A DNA stretch of 64,000 nt from Candidatus Gottesmanbacteria bacterium RIFCSPLOWO2_01_FULL_39_12b (GTDB lineage Bacteria; Patescibacteriota; Microgenomatia; 2-02-FULL-39-11): the NCBI GenBank assembly GCA_001780955.1, contig MFJR01000007.1, forward strand, positions 75,053-139,052, given 5' to 3'. The translations under genes and the position numbers were made by a program. A model generated the notes under the pieces. It did no database searches. It worked only from the letters and a program-made list of their open reading frames with translations, and was not told the DNA's origin. Within the stretch, counting starts at the first letter, position 1. Every line of letters begins with the position of its first letter. Shown piece by piece: positions 9,706-20,447 of the stretch.

Positions 9706-11915
9706 AATTTTATCCACCGGAAATTCACAGCCAGATCTCGATTATCCAGACGACTTAATACCTGCGACGGTTTATAAGTATTTGCGTAAGTAAATCTTAT
9801 TTGATGGACATCTTTTGATATACCGTTTGGGATAGGCAAGTCATATTGTTGCCATTTTGTTGAAAGTAGTTTAGTTGCTAATAGTTTTCCGTCAATAAAG
9901 ACTGTAATTGTTTGCGGCTCTGCAAGAGTTTGCGCTTCAAATGAAAGCTTTTGATAATCATTATTCTTCGCTACCAATCTTAAGGTTGACTCTTTTCCTT
10001 GCGTCCACCTATTGGCACTTTCTTTCACACTCCAGCCGGTTAGGAGTAAACTGTCCTCAGCTTCGCTTTTTCCTAAAGTAATGCTTGAAAGGTTTTCTGA
10101 TCGATCAAGGAGACAAGAAGTACTATCACAGAGTCTTCCCATGAGATAATATGGATTTTCCCAGACGATATTATTTAGTAAAATTTTTGGGGAATTGTAT
10201 ATAATTGACACCTTTGGTATTAGAACAAGACTATTATCTGGTATTATTTTTTTTGTTTTGTCATATTGATAAGGTGAGTAAACAGGGAGCGGATACAAAA
10301 AATATTCAGTCCAAATTTGTCTCCAGTAGCTTTCTAAACCGGAAATAGCCTGATCTGTATAAATCAATTCTTTCAAATTCTTTAGATTGTGAATTTCACC
10401 AAGAGAGATAAGAGATCTGTCAACAATAATGCGTTCTTTGATAAAACGCCGGTTTAGCTTGACAGCAAAAAGAATCTCTAAAGAAAGTAGAATCGTAAGA
10501 ATTCCCATTAAGAGTTTCCTTTTTTTGCTTAAATATTCCAGTAATCCGATAGAGAAAAGTACGATGAAAAATGGAAGAGAATAGGTGAGTGATCTATTAT
10601 ATGCAAAGAAATTATGATGTAAAATCGCTGTCCATGTAAAAAAGAAACTATAAAGAGCTAAAAAACTTACTGCCAGTAATTTATATCTTATAGTAAGAAA
10701 TCCCTTCAGGATAATAAATAAGGTAAGAAGGCTTAATATAGAAGCTGCAATTAAACGCATAGGTTCCATCGCGTGAATACTGTAAAATCCCATTGCTTCA
10801 AAAGGATTAGCATAGGGAATTTTGGTTCGAAATAGTGCCCATCCAATTGGATCGTCAATTTTTGAGGCTTGTATGAAATCAACAACGAAAGACTTTACTA
10901 TGGAAATAGAAGCTGTAATTGCAATAATGATACATATCCTAATTACGGGCAATATTAGTTTTACGCTTTTTTTCAAAAGAGAATAAAGTATTATAAATAA
11001 GATTAGCGGGGGGATAATAAGTATTACGGCTTCGTGATAGGCAAAGTAAAAAACAGTTGTAGTAAATCCAATGATATAATCAAATCTGGTAAAGTTTTTT
11101 TTGAAAGGTTCTGAAGAAGAAAAATATGAAAAGAGAAAAATCAGCAAGAAAAGTTCAACACCCCAGAAAAAAACTTGACCGAAAAAATCATGATATAACA
11201 TATACAGGAGATTAGAATTGAACATAAACAGAAAGGTCGATAAGATAAGACCTAAAATTTTTGGTTTATAGAGGGTTGAAAACAGGATATAAATAAGTGG
11301 AATGGTTAAACCGAATAAAATGGTCTGAAATAAATACGTGTATTGATATCCCTTTATTTGGAAAATGTTGAGGAAGAAGGACGAAAGTAAAGGGGTACCC
11401 CACCTAAATCCACGAAATAATAAATTTCCAGTGACTTCATCTGTTGGTTTTAGATCGATTACTTTTGTCTGAAAATACTCAAAAATTGAATGGTTAACCA
11501 GATATTCAGGTGTTTGTGCGTATACAATAACATCATTATTTCCCATTGAAATAGTTGTGAGTATTTTGTCATTACGTATAAGTGGAGACAAATTGAAAAC
11601 AATACTTGTGGCAATAAGTAAACCAATCAATATATCCTCCTTCAAACGAAAATTATATCGTAATTTCTTCTTCCAGAATGCGTAAAAATTCAAAAAAAGC
11701 AAAAATCCTATAAGATATGGACAAATCTGATTTACCGAAAGACCAGCCAGGCTAAAAATAGTAAGAAAAAATATGAGAAAAACGACTGTAAACCACGGGG
11801 TAAGCCAAAAGGTATAAGGATGCAATTGCTTTGGAGCTAACAGCAAGGTAAGTCCGAAGCCCAAAAAGAATAAAATGAAAATAGTTAGGATTGAATATAG
11901 AAATATTAGAATCAT
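9699..11915 (-). CDS. Polytopic membrane protein, putative GT-C transferase, array family A copy 1, with C-terminal beta-rich module
   Basis: About 12-13 hydrophobic segments; SMGNND, RWGTP, NSNLLYMLYHDF, IGW..FR..PYANPFE, WENPYY, CDSTSC, LLTGWS..E..RW. Confidence 0.6.
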   Translation of the reverse strand: MILIFLYSILTIFILFFLGFGLTLLLAPKQLHPYTFWLTPWFTVVFLIFFLTIFSLAGLSVNQICPYLIGFLLFLNFYAFWKKKLRYNFRLKEDILIGLLIATSIVFNLSPLIRNDKILTTISMGNNDVIVYAQTPEYLVNHSIFEYFQTKVIDLKPTDEVTGNLLFRGFRWGTPLLSSFFLNIFQIKGYQYTYLFQTILFGLTIPLIYILFSTLYKPKILGLILSTFLFMFNSNLLYMLYHDFFGQVFFWGVELFLLIFLFSYFSSSEPFKKNFTRFDYIIGFTTTVFYFAYHEAVILIIPPLILFIILYSLLKKSVKLILPVIRICIIIAITASISIVKSFVVDFIQASKIDDPIGWALFRTKIPYANPFEAMGFYSIHAMEPMRLIAASILSLLTLFIILKGFLTIRYKLLAVSFLALYSFFFTWTAILHHNFFAYNRSLTYSLPFFIVLFSIGLLEYLSKKRKLLMGILTILLSLEILFAVKLNRRFIKERIIVDRSLISLGEIHNLKNLKELIYTDQAISGLESYWRQIWTEYFLYPLPVYSPYQYDKTKKIIPDNSLVLIPKVSIIYNSPKILLNNIVWENPYYLMGRLCDSTSCLLDRSENLSSITLGKSEAEDSLLLTGWSVKESANRWTQGKESTLRLVAKNNDYQKLSFEAQTLAEPQTITVFIDGKLLATKLLSTKWQQYDLPIPNGISKDVHQIRFTYANTYKPSQVLSRLDNRDLAVNFRWIKFQ

Positions 11916-11924
11916 TGGTAAATA

Positions 11925-14144
11925 TCAATTCTGTGTAAGCCAAATCCTACGAAAATTCAAAGCGAGATCTCTTGTATCCTGAGTTTTTAAGATTTCAGAC
12001 GGCTTATATGAATATGAGTATGTGAGACGTATTTGGTGAACACCTTTAGGTATTCCTTCCGGAATGTAGAAAGTATACTTTGACCATTGAGTCAAGGCCT
12101 GTTTTGTTCCTAATAGTTTTCCATCAAAATAGACAGTAACAGTTTGTGGCTCCTTTAGTGTTTGAGCTTCAAAAGATACTTGATTAAAGCCAGAATTCCT
12201 AGTAATTAATCGAAGAGTTGATTCTTCCCCTGTCGCCCATCTATTCGTCATCTCTCTTACGCTCCAGCCGGTTAGAAGTAAACTATCCTCTGCTTCACTT
12301 ACCCCTAAAGTAATACTTGAAAGGTTTTCAGGTCGATCAAGAAGACATTCTGTGCTGTTACAGATTCTTCCCAGTTTATAATATGCATTTTCCCAGACGG
12401 TTGATTTAAGGAGTATTTGAGGAGGTTTAAACCATGGTGTAGGTTTAGACAGCAGTATAAGACTATTATCAGGAATTCTATTTTCGAAAGGAGTTACGAT
12501 AGAAGTTAATGAGGGTAATGGTTTACCATTATACAGGAAATAACTTGTCCATATTCGTTTCCACAGAGGAATATTATCATCAATTAATCCCTCCATAAAT
12601 ATCGGTTCGGAAAAAGAATTCGAAGAGGGTAATTCTTGCAGAGAGATTAACGATTTATCAACCACAAGATGTTCACTGCGAAATCTCTTGTTGAGTTTAA
12701 TAGCAGAAAAAAGTTCTAAAATGATAATACCGGCTAAAATATATCTTTTCAGTAAAATACGGTTTTTGACGATCTGTGTAATACCGATAGAAAATAAGAC
12801 AAGAATAAGCGGTAAATTAAAGGTGAGGCTTCTGTTATAAGCCCAAAAATTTGGATAAATAAAGGAATAGAGGAAGAGAATAAAAGAATAAAAAGCTATG
12901 TAGCAAAAGAGAAAAAGTCGATTTTTTGACTTAAATAAACCATAAAAAATGATTACGATCGTTCCTAAGCTCAAAAGAATAGCAATAAAGATCGGAAGAG
13001 GTTCAAAAGAGTGAATACTATATAAACCTATCATTTCAAATGGATTTGCATACGGAATGCTATTGCGGAAAAGTGTCCATCCGATAGGCTGATTTGGATT
13101 TGCGCCAATAGATTGATAATAATTAACAATAATAGATTTTATGATAGTAGAGAAACTGGTTAGACCTGTAATTAACATTACTTTAATTAGTGACCAAAAA
13201 TTACCCGATTTGCCATTTTTGAGGAGTAGTTGAATTACATAGAACAATAAAAGAGGGAATAAAACAAAAATGGCACCTTCATGATAGGAAAAAAATAGAA
13301 CACTAATACTTATTCCCAAGGTAATATCATATAAATTTATTAATTTAGTTTTAGTTTTAGCCCCAAAGATATAAGCAATTAAAAATATTAAAATGAATAA
13401 CTCAAGACCCCAATACAATATTTGTCCTGAGAAGTTATGGTAAAGTATATAAAGTAGATTTGAATTGAATGCCGTAACGGTCAGAATCAATACTAGAGAT
13501 ATTAGTGATGGCCTAAAAATGATTTTGGCTAAGATATACCCTAAGGGTAACATCAGAGAATAAATAACCGCGTGAAAAATTGATATATACTGATAAGCTT
13601 TTAAATTAAAAATCATTTGAAAAAATGAGATGACGATTGGAGGTCCCCATCTGTTTCTTTCGACTAATAAATCACCGACTTCAGTTGGTATATTTCCTTT
13701 AACACTATCAGTTATTGGGTGCTTTATAAGATAATCGGAATTGACTGCATAATCGATAATATCATTATTTCCCAGAGACAGGCTTGTCGGATATCGGTAA
13801 TACCTAAATAAAGGAGACAGGTTAGATAAGATACTAATGATTATTATTGCTCCGATGATAAAATCTTCTTTTAAATTGATTTTAAATATTGTTTTATTTT
13901 TAATAAATACATAAAAATTGGTAAATGATAATAGAACAAATAATGGAGCTATTATTTTTGAAATACTGAAACCCATCCGTCCAAAAATCACCAGAATAAA
14001 TATCAATATTACAATTGCATACCACGGTGTGAGCCAAAGCCTGTGTTTTTTAAGAGCTCGGGGCGTTAACAGGTATCCTAGTCCGTATCCTGAATAAAAC
14101 AGGATAAAAATTGTAGCAAAAGAATAAAATAGTATCGATATCAT
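11925..14144 (-). CDS. Putative GT-C transferase, array family A copy 2, with C-terminal module
   Basis: SLGNND, RWGPP, NSNLLYILYHNF, IGWTLFRNSIPYANPFE, CNSTEC, LLTGWS. Confidence 0.6.
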   Translation of the reverse strand: MISILFYSFATIFILFYSGYGLGYLLTPRALKKHRLWLTPWYAIVILIFILVIFGRMGFSISKIIAPLFVLLSFTNFYVFIKNKTIFKINLKEDFIIGAIIIISILSNLSPLFRYYRYPTSLSLGNNDIIDYAVNSDYLIKHPITDSVKGNIPTEVGDLLVERNRWGPPIVISFFQMIFNLKAYQYISIFHAVIYSLMLPLGYILAKIIFRPSLISLVLILTVTAFNSNLLYILYHNFSGQILYWGLELFILIFLIAYIFGAKTKTKLINLYDITLGISISVLFFSYHEGAIFVLFPLLLFYVIQLLLKNGKSGNFWSLIKVMLITGLTSFSTIIKSIIVNYYQSIGANPNQPIGWTLFRNSIPYANPFEMIGLYSIHSFEPLPIFIAILLSLGTIVIIFYGLFKSKNRLFLFCYIAFYSFILFLYSFIYPNFWAYNRSLTFNLPLILVLFSIGITQIVKNRILLKRYILAGIIILELFSAIKLNKRFRSEHLVVDKSLISLQELPSSNSFSEPIFMEGLIDDNIPLWKRIWTSYFLYNGKPLPSLTSIVTPFENRIPDNSLILLSKPTPWFKPPQILLKSTVWENAYYKLGRICNSTECLLDRPENLSSITLGVSEAEDSLLLTGWSVREMTNRWATGEESTLRLITRNSGFNQVSFEAQTLKEPQTVTVYFDGKLLGTKQALTQWSKYTFYIPEGIPKGVHQIRLTYSYSYKPSEILKTQDTRDLALNFRRIWLTQN

Positions 14145-14151
14145 AGCGAGG

Positions 14152-16362
14152 CTACGTTTTTATGAATCGTATCCATCTGAAATTCACCGCAAGATCCCGT
14201 GCATCTTGATTTTTAAGTATCTCAGAAGGTTTATACGTGTGTGTGTATTGAAAGCGTACAGTATGTATCCCCTGGGATATTCCTCCGGGAATCTGAAATG
14301 TATAAGTTGACCAGTTCGTTGTGAGCGGTTGTGTTCCGGCAAACGTATCATCAATAGAAACACTGATAGTTTGTGGTTCAGAAAGGCTATATGCCTGGAA
14401 GGCTAACTGTGTATACCACTCTTTCGTAACAAGTCGAAGAGTAGATTCTTTACCAGTTGACCATCTGCTGGTTGACTCTTTGCCGCTCCAACCCGAAATG
14501 AGAAGACTATCTTCAAAAGTTGTTTCTCCCATAGTAACACCAGAGAGATTTTCCGGTCTATCCAAAAGGCACTCTCGGCTGTTACAGAGGCGTCCTAAAA
14601 CATAATATTTATTTTCCCAGATGAGAGGAGATTTGAGGAGGATTTGTGGGGGATTGGACCGTGGTGCGGGTTTAGAAAGAAGAATAAGACTGTTATCCTG
14701 AGGTTTTTTTTGGGATTTTTTTGGATGCAGGAAATATTCTGTCCATAATGCTTTCCATAAAGGAATTTCTCCAATGAGTTCGTACTCAGTATACATTGGT
14801 TCATTTAATAAACCTAAGTCTTTTATATTTAATTGGGTAAGTGATACAAAAGATTGGTTGACTGATACATATTCCTGATTCATTCGTTTATTTAATTTTA
14901 CAGCAGAAAATAGTACTAAACTGATAAGTGCAATAGCTATGACCGTGGTGGATTTCTTTTTTATCAAAAAAAATTCGTTTAAACCGATAGTAAAAAGAAC
15001 TAATATGAATGGTAAGGTATATGTCACTGCCCGATAATAATCAAAAAAATTATGTTGAACTAGAGACGTCCAATAATACAAAAACACATAGACGATCAAA
15101 AAACTGGTTAAAAGAAGTCTGTTTTTAGATTTCAGGAGACCAAAGAGTATGGTTATGACGACTAATAAACTTACCAATATCGCAAGAATAACCGGTAGAG
15201 GTTCGAAGGCGTGCATGCTATAGAAACCCATCATTTCAAATGGATTTGGATACGGCACGTTGTTTCTAAATGCCTGCCAGCCAATAACTGCATTTTTATC
15301 CGTGTAATTCTTAAGAAATCGAGTGATAGTTTCATTGGCCCCAAAGAAAAAAGGGATAGAGCTGGTAATAATGGTAATAATAAATATTTTAGATAAGGCC
15401 GGCCAGTAATCGAAAGTAAATTTTTTTAAAAAAAATCGTAACAGAACAAATACCGCCAATGGACCAATAACAAAAATTCCTCCATAGTAATATGAATAAT
15501 ATATAACTGCTAATGTTATACCGAGGATAATATCGTATAGAGCCACCTCTCTTTTTGCTGGTTCGTTTGAACCAAAATATAAAAAGAGAAATATAAGAAA
15601 AAAAGTATAAAGCCCGAGGAATAAAATATGGCCAAAAAAGTTGTGGTAAAGAATATACAGTAAATTGACATTAAAAGTAGCGAATATAAGGATTGAGAAT
15701 AAGCTAAAGAGAGTTGGTTTATATAGGATTTTCAGAAGAATAAATACTAAAGGAATGTGTAAGGCATATAATATTACTTGGGATAAGTACGTGTATTGAT
15801 ATCCCTGCAGGTGGAAAAGGTTTTGAAAAAAAGCAGCAAAAATTGGAGGTCCCCAACGGTAGATATTGTGAAACATATCATATACATTCGCATTTGCATT
15901 TAATACATTCTGACGCAGTAATGCAACATTTTTATACATAAGGGTATCTATAATATAATCAGAACTGGCTGCATAATTTACCGCATCATTATTTCCTAGA
16001 GATACTGTGGTGAGAAATTTTTCGTATTTGATCAAAGACATAAGATTAAAGAAAATACTTACCAGAACAAAACAAGCAATAATCACATCTTCCTTATTTA
16101 CGCGAGGGCCCTTAGTTTTTAAAAAAACGTATATGTTAAGTAATAGAAGAGAACCGATGATAATAGGTGATGCCTGGCGAACTGTAAATCCAAGCAGATT
16201 AAGAATAATGAGGATAAATACAAGAAAGATTATAGTAAACCAGGGCGAAAGCCAAAGTGCGTATAATTGAAGTTTTTTTGGTAGAAAAAAGTGAGTTATG
16301 CCATATCCCAAGAAGAATAAAACCAAAATTGTCGCGAGTGAATAGAAAAATATCGAAATCAT
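14152..16362 (-). CDS. Putative GT-C transferase, array family A copy 3, with C-terminal module
   Basis: SLGNND, RWGPP, NVNLLYILYHNF, IGWQAFRNNVPYPNPFE, CNSREC, LISGWS. Confidence 0.6.
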   Translation of the reverse strand: MISIFFYSLATILVLFFLGYGITHFFLPKKLQLYALWLSPWFTIIFLVFILIILNLLGFTVRQASPIIIGSLLLLNIYVFLKTKGPRVNKEDVIIACFVLVSIFFNLMSLIKYEKFLTTVSLGNNDAVNYAASSDYIIDTLMYKNVALLRQNVLNANANVYDMFHNIYRWGPPIFAAFFQNLFHLQGYQYTYLSQVILYALHIPLVFILLKILYKPTLFSLFSILIFATFNVNLLYILYHNFFGHILFLGLYTFFLIFLFLYFGSNEPAKREVALYDIILGITLAVIYYSYYYGGIFVIGPLAVFVLLRFFLKKFTFDYWPALSKIFIITIITSSIPFFFGANETITRFLKNYTDKNAVIGWQAFRNNVPYPNPFEMMGFYSMHAFEPLPVILAILVSLLVVITILFGLLKSKNRLLLTSFLIVYVFLYYWTSLVQHNFFDYYRAVTYTLPFILVLFTIGLNEFFLIKKKSTTVIAIALISLVLFSAVKLNKRMNQEYVSVNQSFVSLTQLNIKDLGLLNEPMYTEYELIGEIPLWKALWTEYFLHPKKSQKKPQDNSLILLSKPAPRSNPPQILLKSPLIWENKYYVLGRLCNSRECLLDRPENLSGVTMGETTFEDSLLISGWSGKESTSRWSTGKESTLRLVTKEWYTQLAFQAYSLSEPQTISVSIDDTFAGTQPLTTNWSTYTFQIPGGISQGIHTVRFQYTHTYKPSEILKNQDARDLAVNFRWIRFIKT

Positions 16363-18170
16363 GGAAGGTCATCTATTCTTTTCATAGGAGTAATTGTACC
16401 TAATTGATAATAATCATTCTCCCAAATTTTATTTGTATATATTAACTTCTTCCCTTCTCGCTCCAGATAATTTTTTTCAGCAAGAACTAATCTGATATTC
16501 GCTACATTATCTTTTTCTGTTACAAGGTTTTGCAAAGTAACAATATCTCTATCCATTAAAAAATATTCACGCCACAGTCTTTTCCACAGATTGTCTTCTC
16601 CAAGATACACATCAGAGGTAAAAAATGGTTCTATGATGTCTTTCTTCTTATTCAGTTGCGTGAGTGAAATAAGTGATTTATCAACAACTTGCGCATGCCA
16701 ATATAATTGATAGAGAGTTCTCTGTGCTGACCGAAAAGATAAAAAAAGAAAAAGTACAATAATAGTGAACTTTATCATTTTATTTTTTATCAGTGAGAAT
16801 AGAAAGCACATCCCTATACTAAAAAGAGCAGAATAAAGAAAAAGAGTATAGGTGATTGCTCGATGGAAACTAAAAAAATTTGGGAAAATCCATCTTAAAC
16901 TTACATAAAATGGTATCCATGCTAAAAGAAGGGAGAGAATAAAAAGTTTCTTTCTTAAATTTATAATTCCCAGTAACCATATAACCGCTATAGGAAAACC
17001 AAAAATGATATCAAGGAAGACAGGTAAATCTTTGGAGTGATAAAGGTTGTAAAATCCTGTCATATCGAGCGGGGAAGCAAAAGGAATATGTTCCCACCCG
17101 ATAAAGGAGCTTTGTGTCGAGGAAGTAATTATCTTCACATTTTGCCCAATAGCAGTGCCTGCTGTTATAGGGTTAATAACCAAAGTCAAGAGAAGGATTT
17201 TGAGAAAATATATTCCGTGTATCGGATTCCTATCTTTAAGGAGGCTCAAAATTCCAAAAACAAGAAGCGGCAGGATGGCAAAAATGAGTCCTTCAGGATA
17301 AATTGTTGTTATTGCAGATAATGCAAGAGCGATTAATAAATCATACGAATTAAAGTTCCTCAGATCTTTTTTTTCTTCAGAAATATATGCATGAAAGAGG
17401 ATGACCACAAGAATAAAAATCCCGGTGAAAATAAACTGAGCGTAGAAAACGTTATAGAGCATGTACAGGAGAGTAGCATTTAAGGAAAAAGTAATAAAAG
17501 AAAAAGAGAGAATATGCATATTGTGCTTTTGGCTTAATCGTTTTGCCAATATGTATACCAGCGGAAAAGAAAAAGTGAAAAAGATAGTGATAATGGTAGA
17601 ATAAATCTGATAGGATTTAAGCCTGAAAACGTATGAAAAAAAGCTTAACAGGATGGGGCTTCCCCAACGAAAACCTGCATGAAGAAGGTCTCCTGTTGCT
17701 CCAAGATAGGGTTTATAATGCTCAAACGTTCCTCCTTCCAAGACGGTGTGGTTGATAAGGAAATCTCCAACGGGGGTATAAGAAAGAGGATCGAGATTGC
17801 TTAAGGAAATAGTAGTTGGGAACCCAACTTTTGTTAACAGAGGAAATAAATTAAAGAAAAGAGTAAATCCAACAAGAAGAGTCGTAAAAAGAAATTCGAG
17901 GGTCAAAAAAGGAAGGGTCTTTCGCGCAATGAGACTAGCAATAAATAAAATGCCGGCACAAGCAAGAATAAAATATGCACTTTTTGCAACAGGAATTTGG
18001 GCAAGATTAAAAATAATACTCAGAACTGCAATAAGAATAGTTCCCACCCATGGAGTAAACCAAATAGCGTCTTTTCGTAGATTTTTGGGAATAAGCAAAG
18101 CTGTAAATCCATATCCAACAAAAAATAAAACAGCAATGATTTTTACTAAAAGTATAATAATGTCAATCAT
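16359..18170 (-). CDS. Putative GT-C transferase, array family A copy 4, lacking the C-terminal module
   Basis: SLSNLD, RWGSP, NATLLYMLYN, IGWE, VVDKSLISL; ends shortly after WENDYYQLG. Confidence 0.6.
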   Translation of the reverse strand: MIDIIILLVKIIAVLFFVGYGFTALLIPKNLRKDAIWFTPWVGTILIAVLSIIFNLAQIPVAKSAYFILACAGILFIASLIARKTLPFLTLEFLFTTLLVGFTLFFNLFPLLTKVGFPTTISLSNLDPLSYTPVGDFLINHTVLEGGTFEHYKPYLGATGDLLHAGFRWGSPILLSFFSYVFRLKSYQIYSTIITIFFTFSFPLVYILAKRLSQKHNMHILSFSFITFSLNATLLYMLYNVFYAQFIFTGIFILVVILFHAYISEEKKDLRNFNSYDLLIALALSAITTIYPEGLIFAILPLLVFGILSLLKDRNPIHGIYFLKILLLTLVINPITAGTAIGQNVKIITSSTQSSFIGWEHIPFASPLDMTGFYNLYHSKDLPVFLDIIFGFPIAVIWLLGIINLRKKLFILSLLLAWIPFYVSLRWIFPNFFSFHRAITYTLFLYSALFSIGMCFLFSLIKNKMIKFTIIVLFLFLSFRSAQRTLYQLYWHAQVVDKSLISLTQLNKKKDIIEPFFTSDVYLGEDNLWKRLWREYFLMDRDIVTLQNLVTEKDNVANIRLVLAEKNYLEREGKKLIYTNKIWENDYYQLGTITPMKRIDDLP

Positions 18171-20416
18171 TATTTTATTTCCTCCAAAGAGATATGCGTA
18201 AATTTTGCAGAAAGTAATCTATTATCAAAATTGCCAGGGATTACTTCAGAAGGTCGATAGTCGGAAGAGAAAAGAAAATAGACAAAATTAATACCTTCAC
18301 TTAGTTCTTGATTGATTGGTATAGAGAAATTTTCTAAATTAGTAGTTAGTTTTATTTCTGTAATCTTTTTTTTGTTTAAATATATTTTCGTTTTTAGATC
18401 TTTATAAAAAGCCGCAGCTCGAAAATTCAAGTTAAATTTACGTGGTTTTAGCACTTTGAACATAATTGAAGCGTTCTTCCAAGACCAACGAAAACCCTCT
18501 TCTCTAACATTCCACCCGGCACCTAAAAACATATCATCATCTAAAGATCCGATATCAATAGCTAAATATTCCTTTTTATCCGGATTTCTTTGCCAAAGAG
18601 AAAAATGGTTATCTGTAAGCGTTTTATTAAATCCTAAGCTGGTGAGTCCTGCGGAAATAGTGCCAGCAAAGGTTCGATTATCATCAAGAAGAAAATACTT
18701 CAAATCAAGAAAATTAATGCTGTCAATACTTCTCTTATAATCCAATGTTTTCCAGCGGGATAGGTCACTTTTATCAACTCCTCCATTATATTCCAAATTA
18801 TCATCCATTAATCTTCCCATATATCCCAAAAACGGATTTCTTTTATAATAATCCGATTTAAAATAAGGTATTCTTCCCATATATCCAGCTAAAACGGGTT
18901 TTTTATGTATATTTTGTCCTTCTACAAACTCCAATCCATTACTATTACCAAAATAAGTAAATCCGTCTCTTACTACAGATGGAGCCTCCATAACAGTTAT
19001 GTTACTAGGATCGTTTGCAATAGCTTTATATGCATTATATGGAATATATCGCTGAGGCGGAACAGGTATTTTGAAATAATGGTCGAGAAAAAAAATAGCT
19101 ATGAAAATAAAGAAAAAAATAGTTTTTATTTTTTTCCCTTTACCCGATAACAAATAGTCAAATAAATACGCGCAGATAATATAGGAAAAAAATATGAAAG
19201 CTACAATTAGACGACCCGGAATTCTAATGTTTGCCATAAAAGGAAGATAATGGAAGATAACAAACGGTAATGGGATAACTATTCGGATTTCATCATCCAG
19301 GGTAAATCCCCATTTACCTAATATATGAAGAAATGGTCCAAGAGTGAGAATCCAAAAAACTCCGGAAATATATAAATATGGTCTAATAAGCAGATAAAGC
19401 TTAGGTGGAAGTTTATTTTTTAATTTTAGTATAAATAAAGTGATAAAAGTAAAAATTATAAAAAGTCCCGGGTAACTAAAATTTTCAAAAATTCGCGAAG
19501 CAAATTTGAAATGAGTACCCCAGAAACCCGCTATTGGACTTAGAAAGTAGCTATAAATACTCGGGATAAAAAATCCAAACAGATCAGAAGAAAATTCTAT
19601 TGCGCCTCCCCACCCGTTAGTTTTAGGTAGCCCTTCAAATAGGTATGTTTCATATAGGACTTTGAGCCATGGAATAAGAAAGGTTACAATCAAAAGAATA
19701 CTAAGAAGTATATATTTCAGATTATCTTTGACTACATGAAGAAAAGATTTTTGTGAGAATATAAGACCATAAATTGCAAATAGAGAAATAGATAAGACAA
19801 TCATTATGAAATAATATAAATTTAAATAAAGAGAGAGAACAAAAAATAATGCAGTCCCAGCTGAAAATAGAAATTTGGTCTTTTGGTCAAATTCTTTGAA
19901 TAATGAATACCCACAAAGGAAAAACCAGGGAAATACATAAGTTGACATGAAATTTAAATGACCCACACGTGGCGTGAGAAATGTCATATAACCGAACGCC
20001 AATCCTAATAAGTATGAAGTCATTTGCGAAATTCCCAGTTTCCGCAGTAACAGATACATTCCAATGTTGGAAAATATTAAGCCTGCAGCGACTATAATGG
20101 CTAAAGATTGGTGCTCCGAAAAGAAAGGCCTAAGTAATACAAAATAAAATCCATTTCCTGAATCTGTAGAAGTAAAATCTAATCCGAAAGGATACAAGAC
20201 TGCGTTTGAGTGTGCAAAGGGATTTTTCCCACTCATAATGTTCTGATAGACTTTATCCATTGCCCATTCCGCAACAAACACCTCTCCATATCTTGCTCCT
20301 ACTTTTGAATTATCAAAAAAAATTTCTGCCCAAAAAGAATGAAAAAATACAAGATTCACTAAAAAATATCCGCAAAGGAAAAAAATAGAGGTATATTTGT
20401 TTAGAATTTGTTTCAT
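18170..20416 (-). CDS. Putative GT-C transferase (YfhO-like), array family B copy 1, with C-terminal module
   Basis: LYPFG, GWGGAIEFSSDL, LGPFL, IRIPGR, VRDGFTYFG, HKKPVLAGYMGR, GAGWNVREEGFRW. Confidence 0.6.
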   Translation of the reverse strand: MKQILNKYTSIFFLCGYFLVNLVFFHSFWAEIFFDNSKVGARYGEVFVAEWAMDKVYQNIMSGKNPFAHSNAVLYPFGLDFTSTDSGNGFYFVLLRPFFSEHQSLAIIVAAGLIFSNIGMYLLLRKLGISQMTSYLLGLAFGYMTFLTPRVGHLNFMSTYVFPWFFLCGYSLFKEFDQKTKFLFSAGTALFFVLSLYLNLYYFIMIVLSISLFAIYGLIFSQKSFLHVVKDNLKYILLSILLIVTFLIPWLKVLYETYLFEGLPKTNGWGGAIEFSSDLFGFFIPSIYSYFLSPIAGFWGTHFKFASRIFENFSYPGLFIIFTFITLFILKLKNKLPPKLYLLIRPYLYISGVFWILTLGPFLHILGKWGFTLDDEIRIVIPLPFVIFHYLPFMANIRIPGRLIVAFIFFSYIICAYLFDYLLSGKGKKIKTIFFFIFIAIFFLDHYFKIPVPPQRYIPYNAYKAIANDPSNITVMEAPSVVRDGFTYFGNSNGLEFVEGQNIHKKPVLAGYMGRIPYFKSDYYKRNPFLGYMGRLMDDNLEYNGGVDKSDLSRWKTLDYKRSIDSINFLDLKYFLLDDNRTFAGTISAGLTSLGFNKTLTDNHFSLWQRNPDKKEYLAIDIGSLDDDMFLGAGWNVREEGFRWSWKNASIMFKVLKPRKFNLNFRAAAFYKDLKTKIYLNKKKITEIKLTTNLENFSIPINQELSEGINFVYFLFSSDYRPSEVIPGNFDNRLLSAKFTHISLEEIK

Positions 20417-20447
20417 AATATGGTAAAAATTACCTTATTGTATTACA

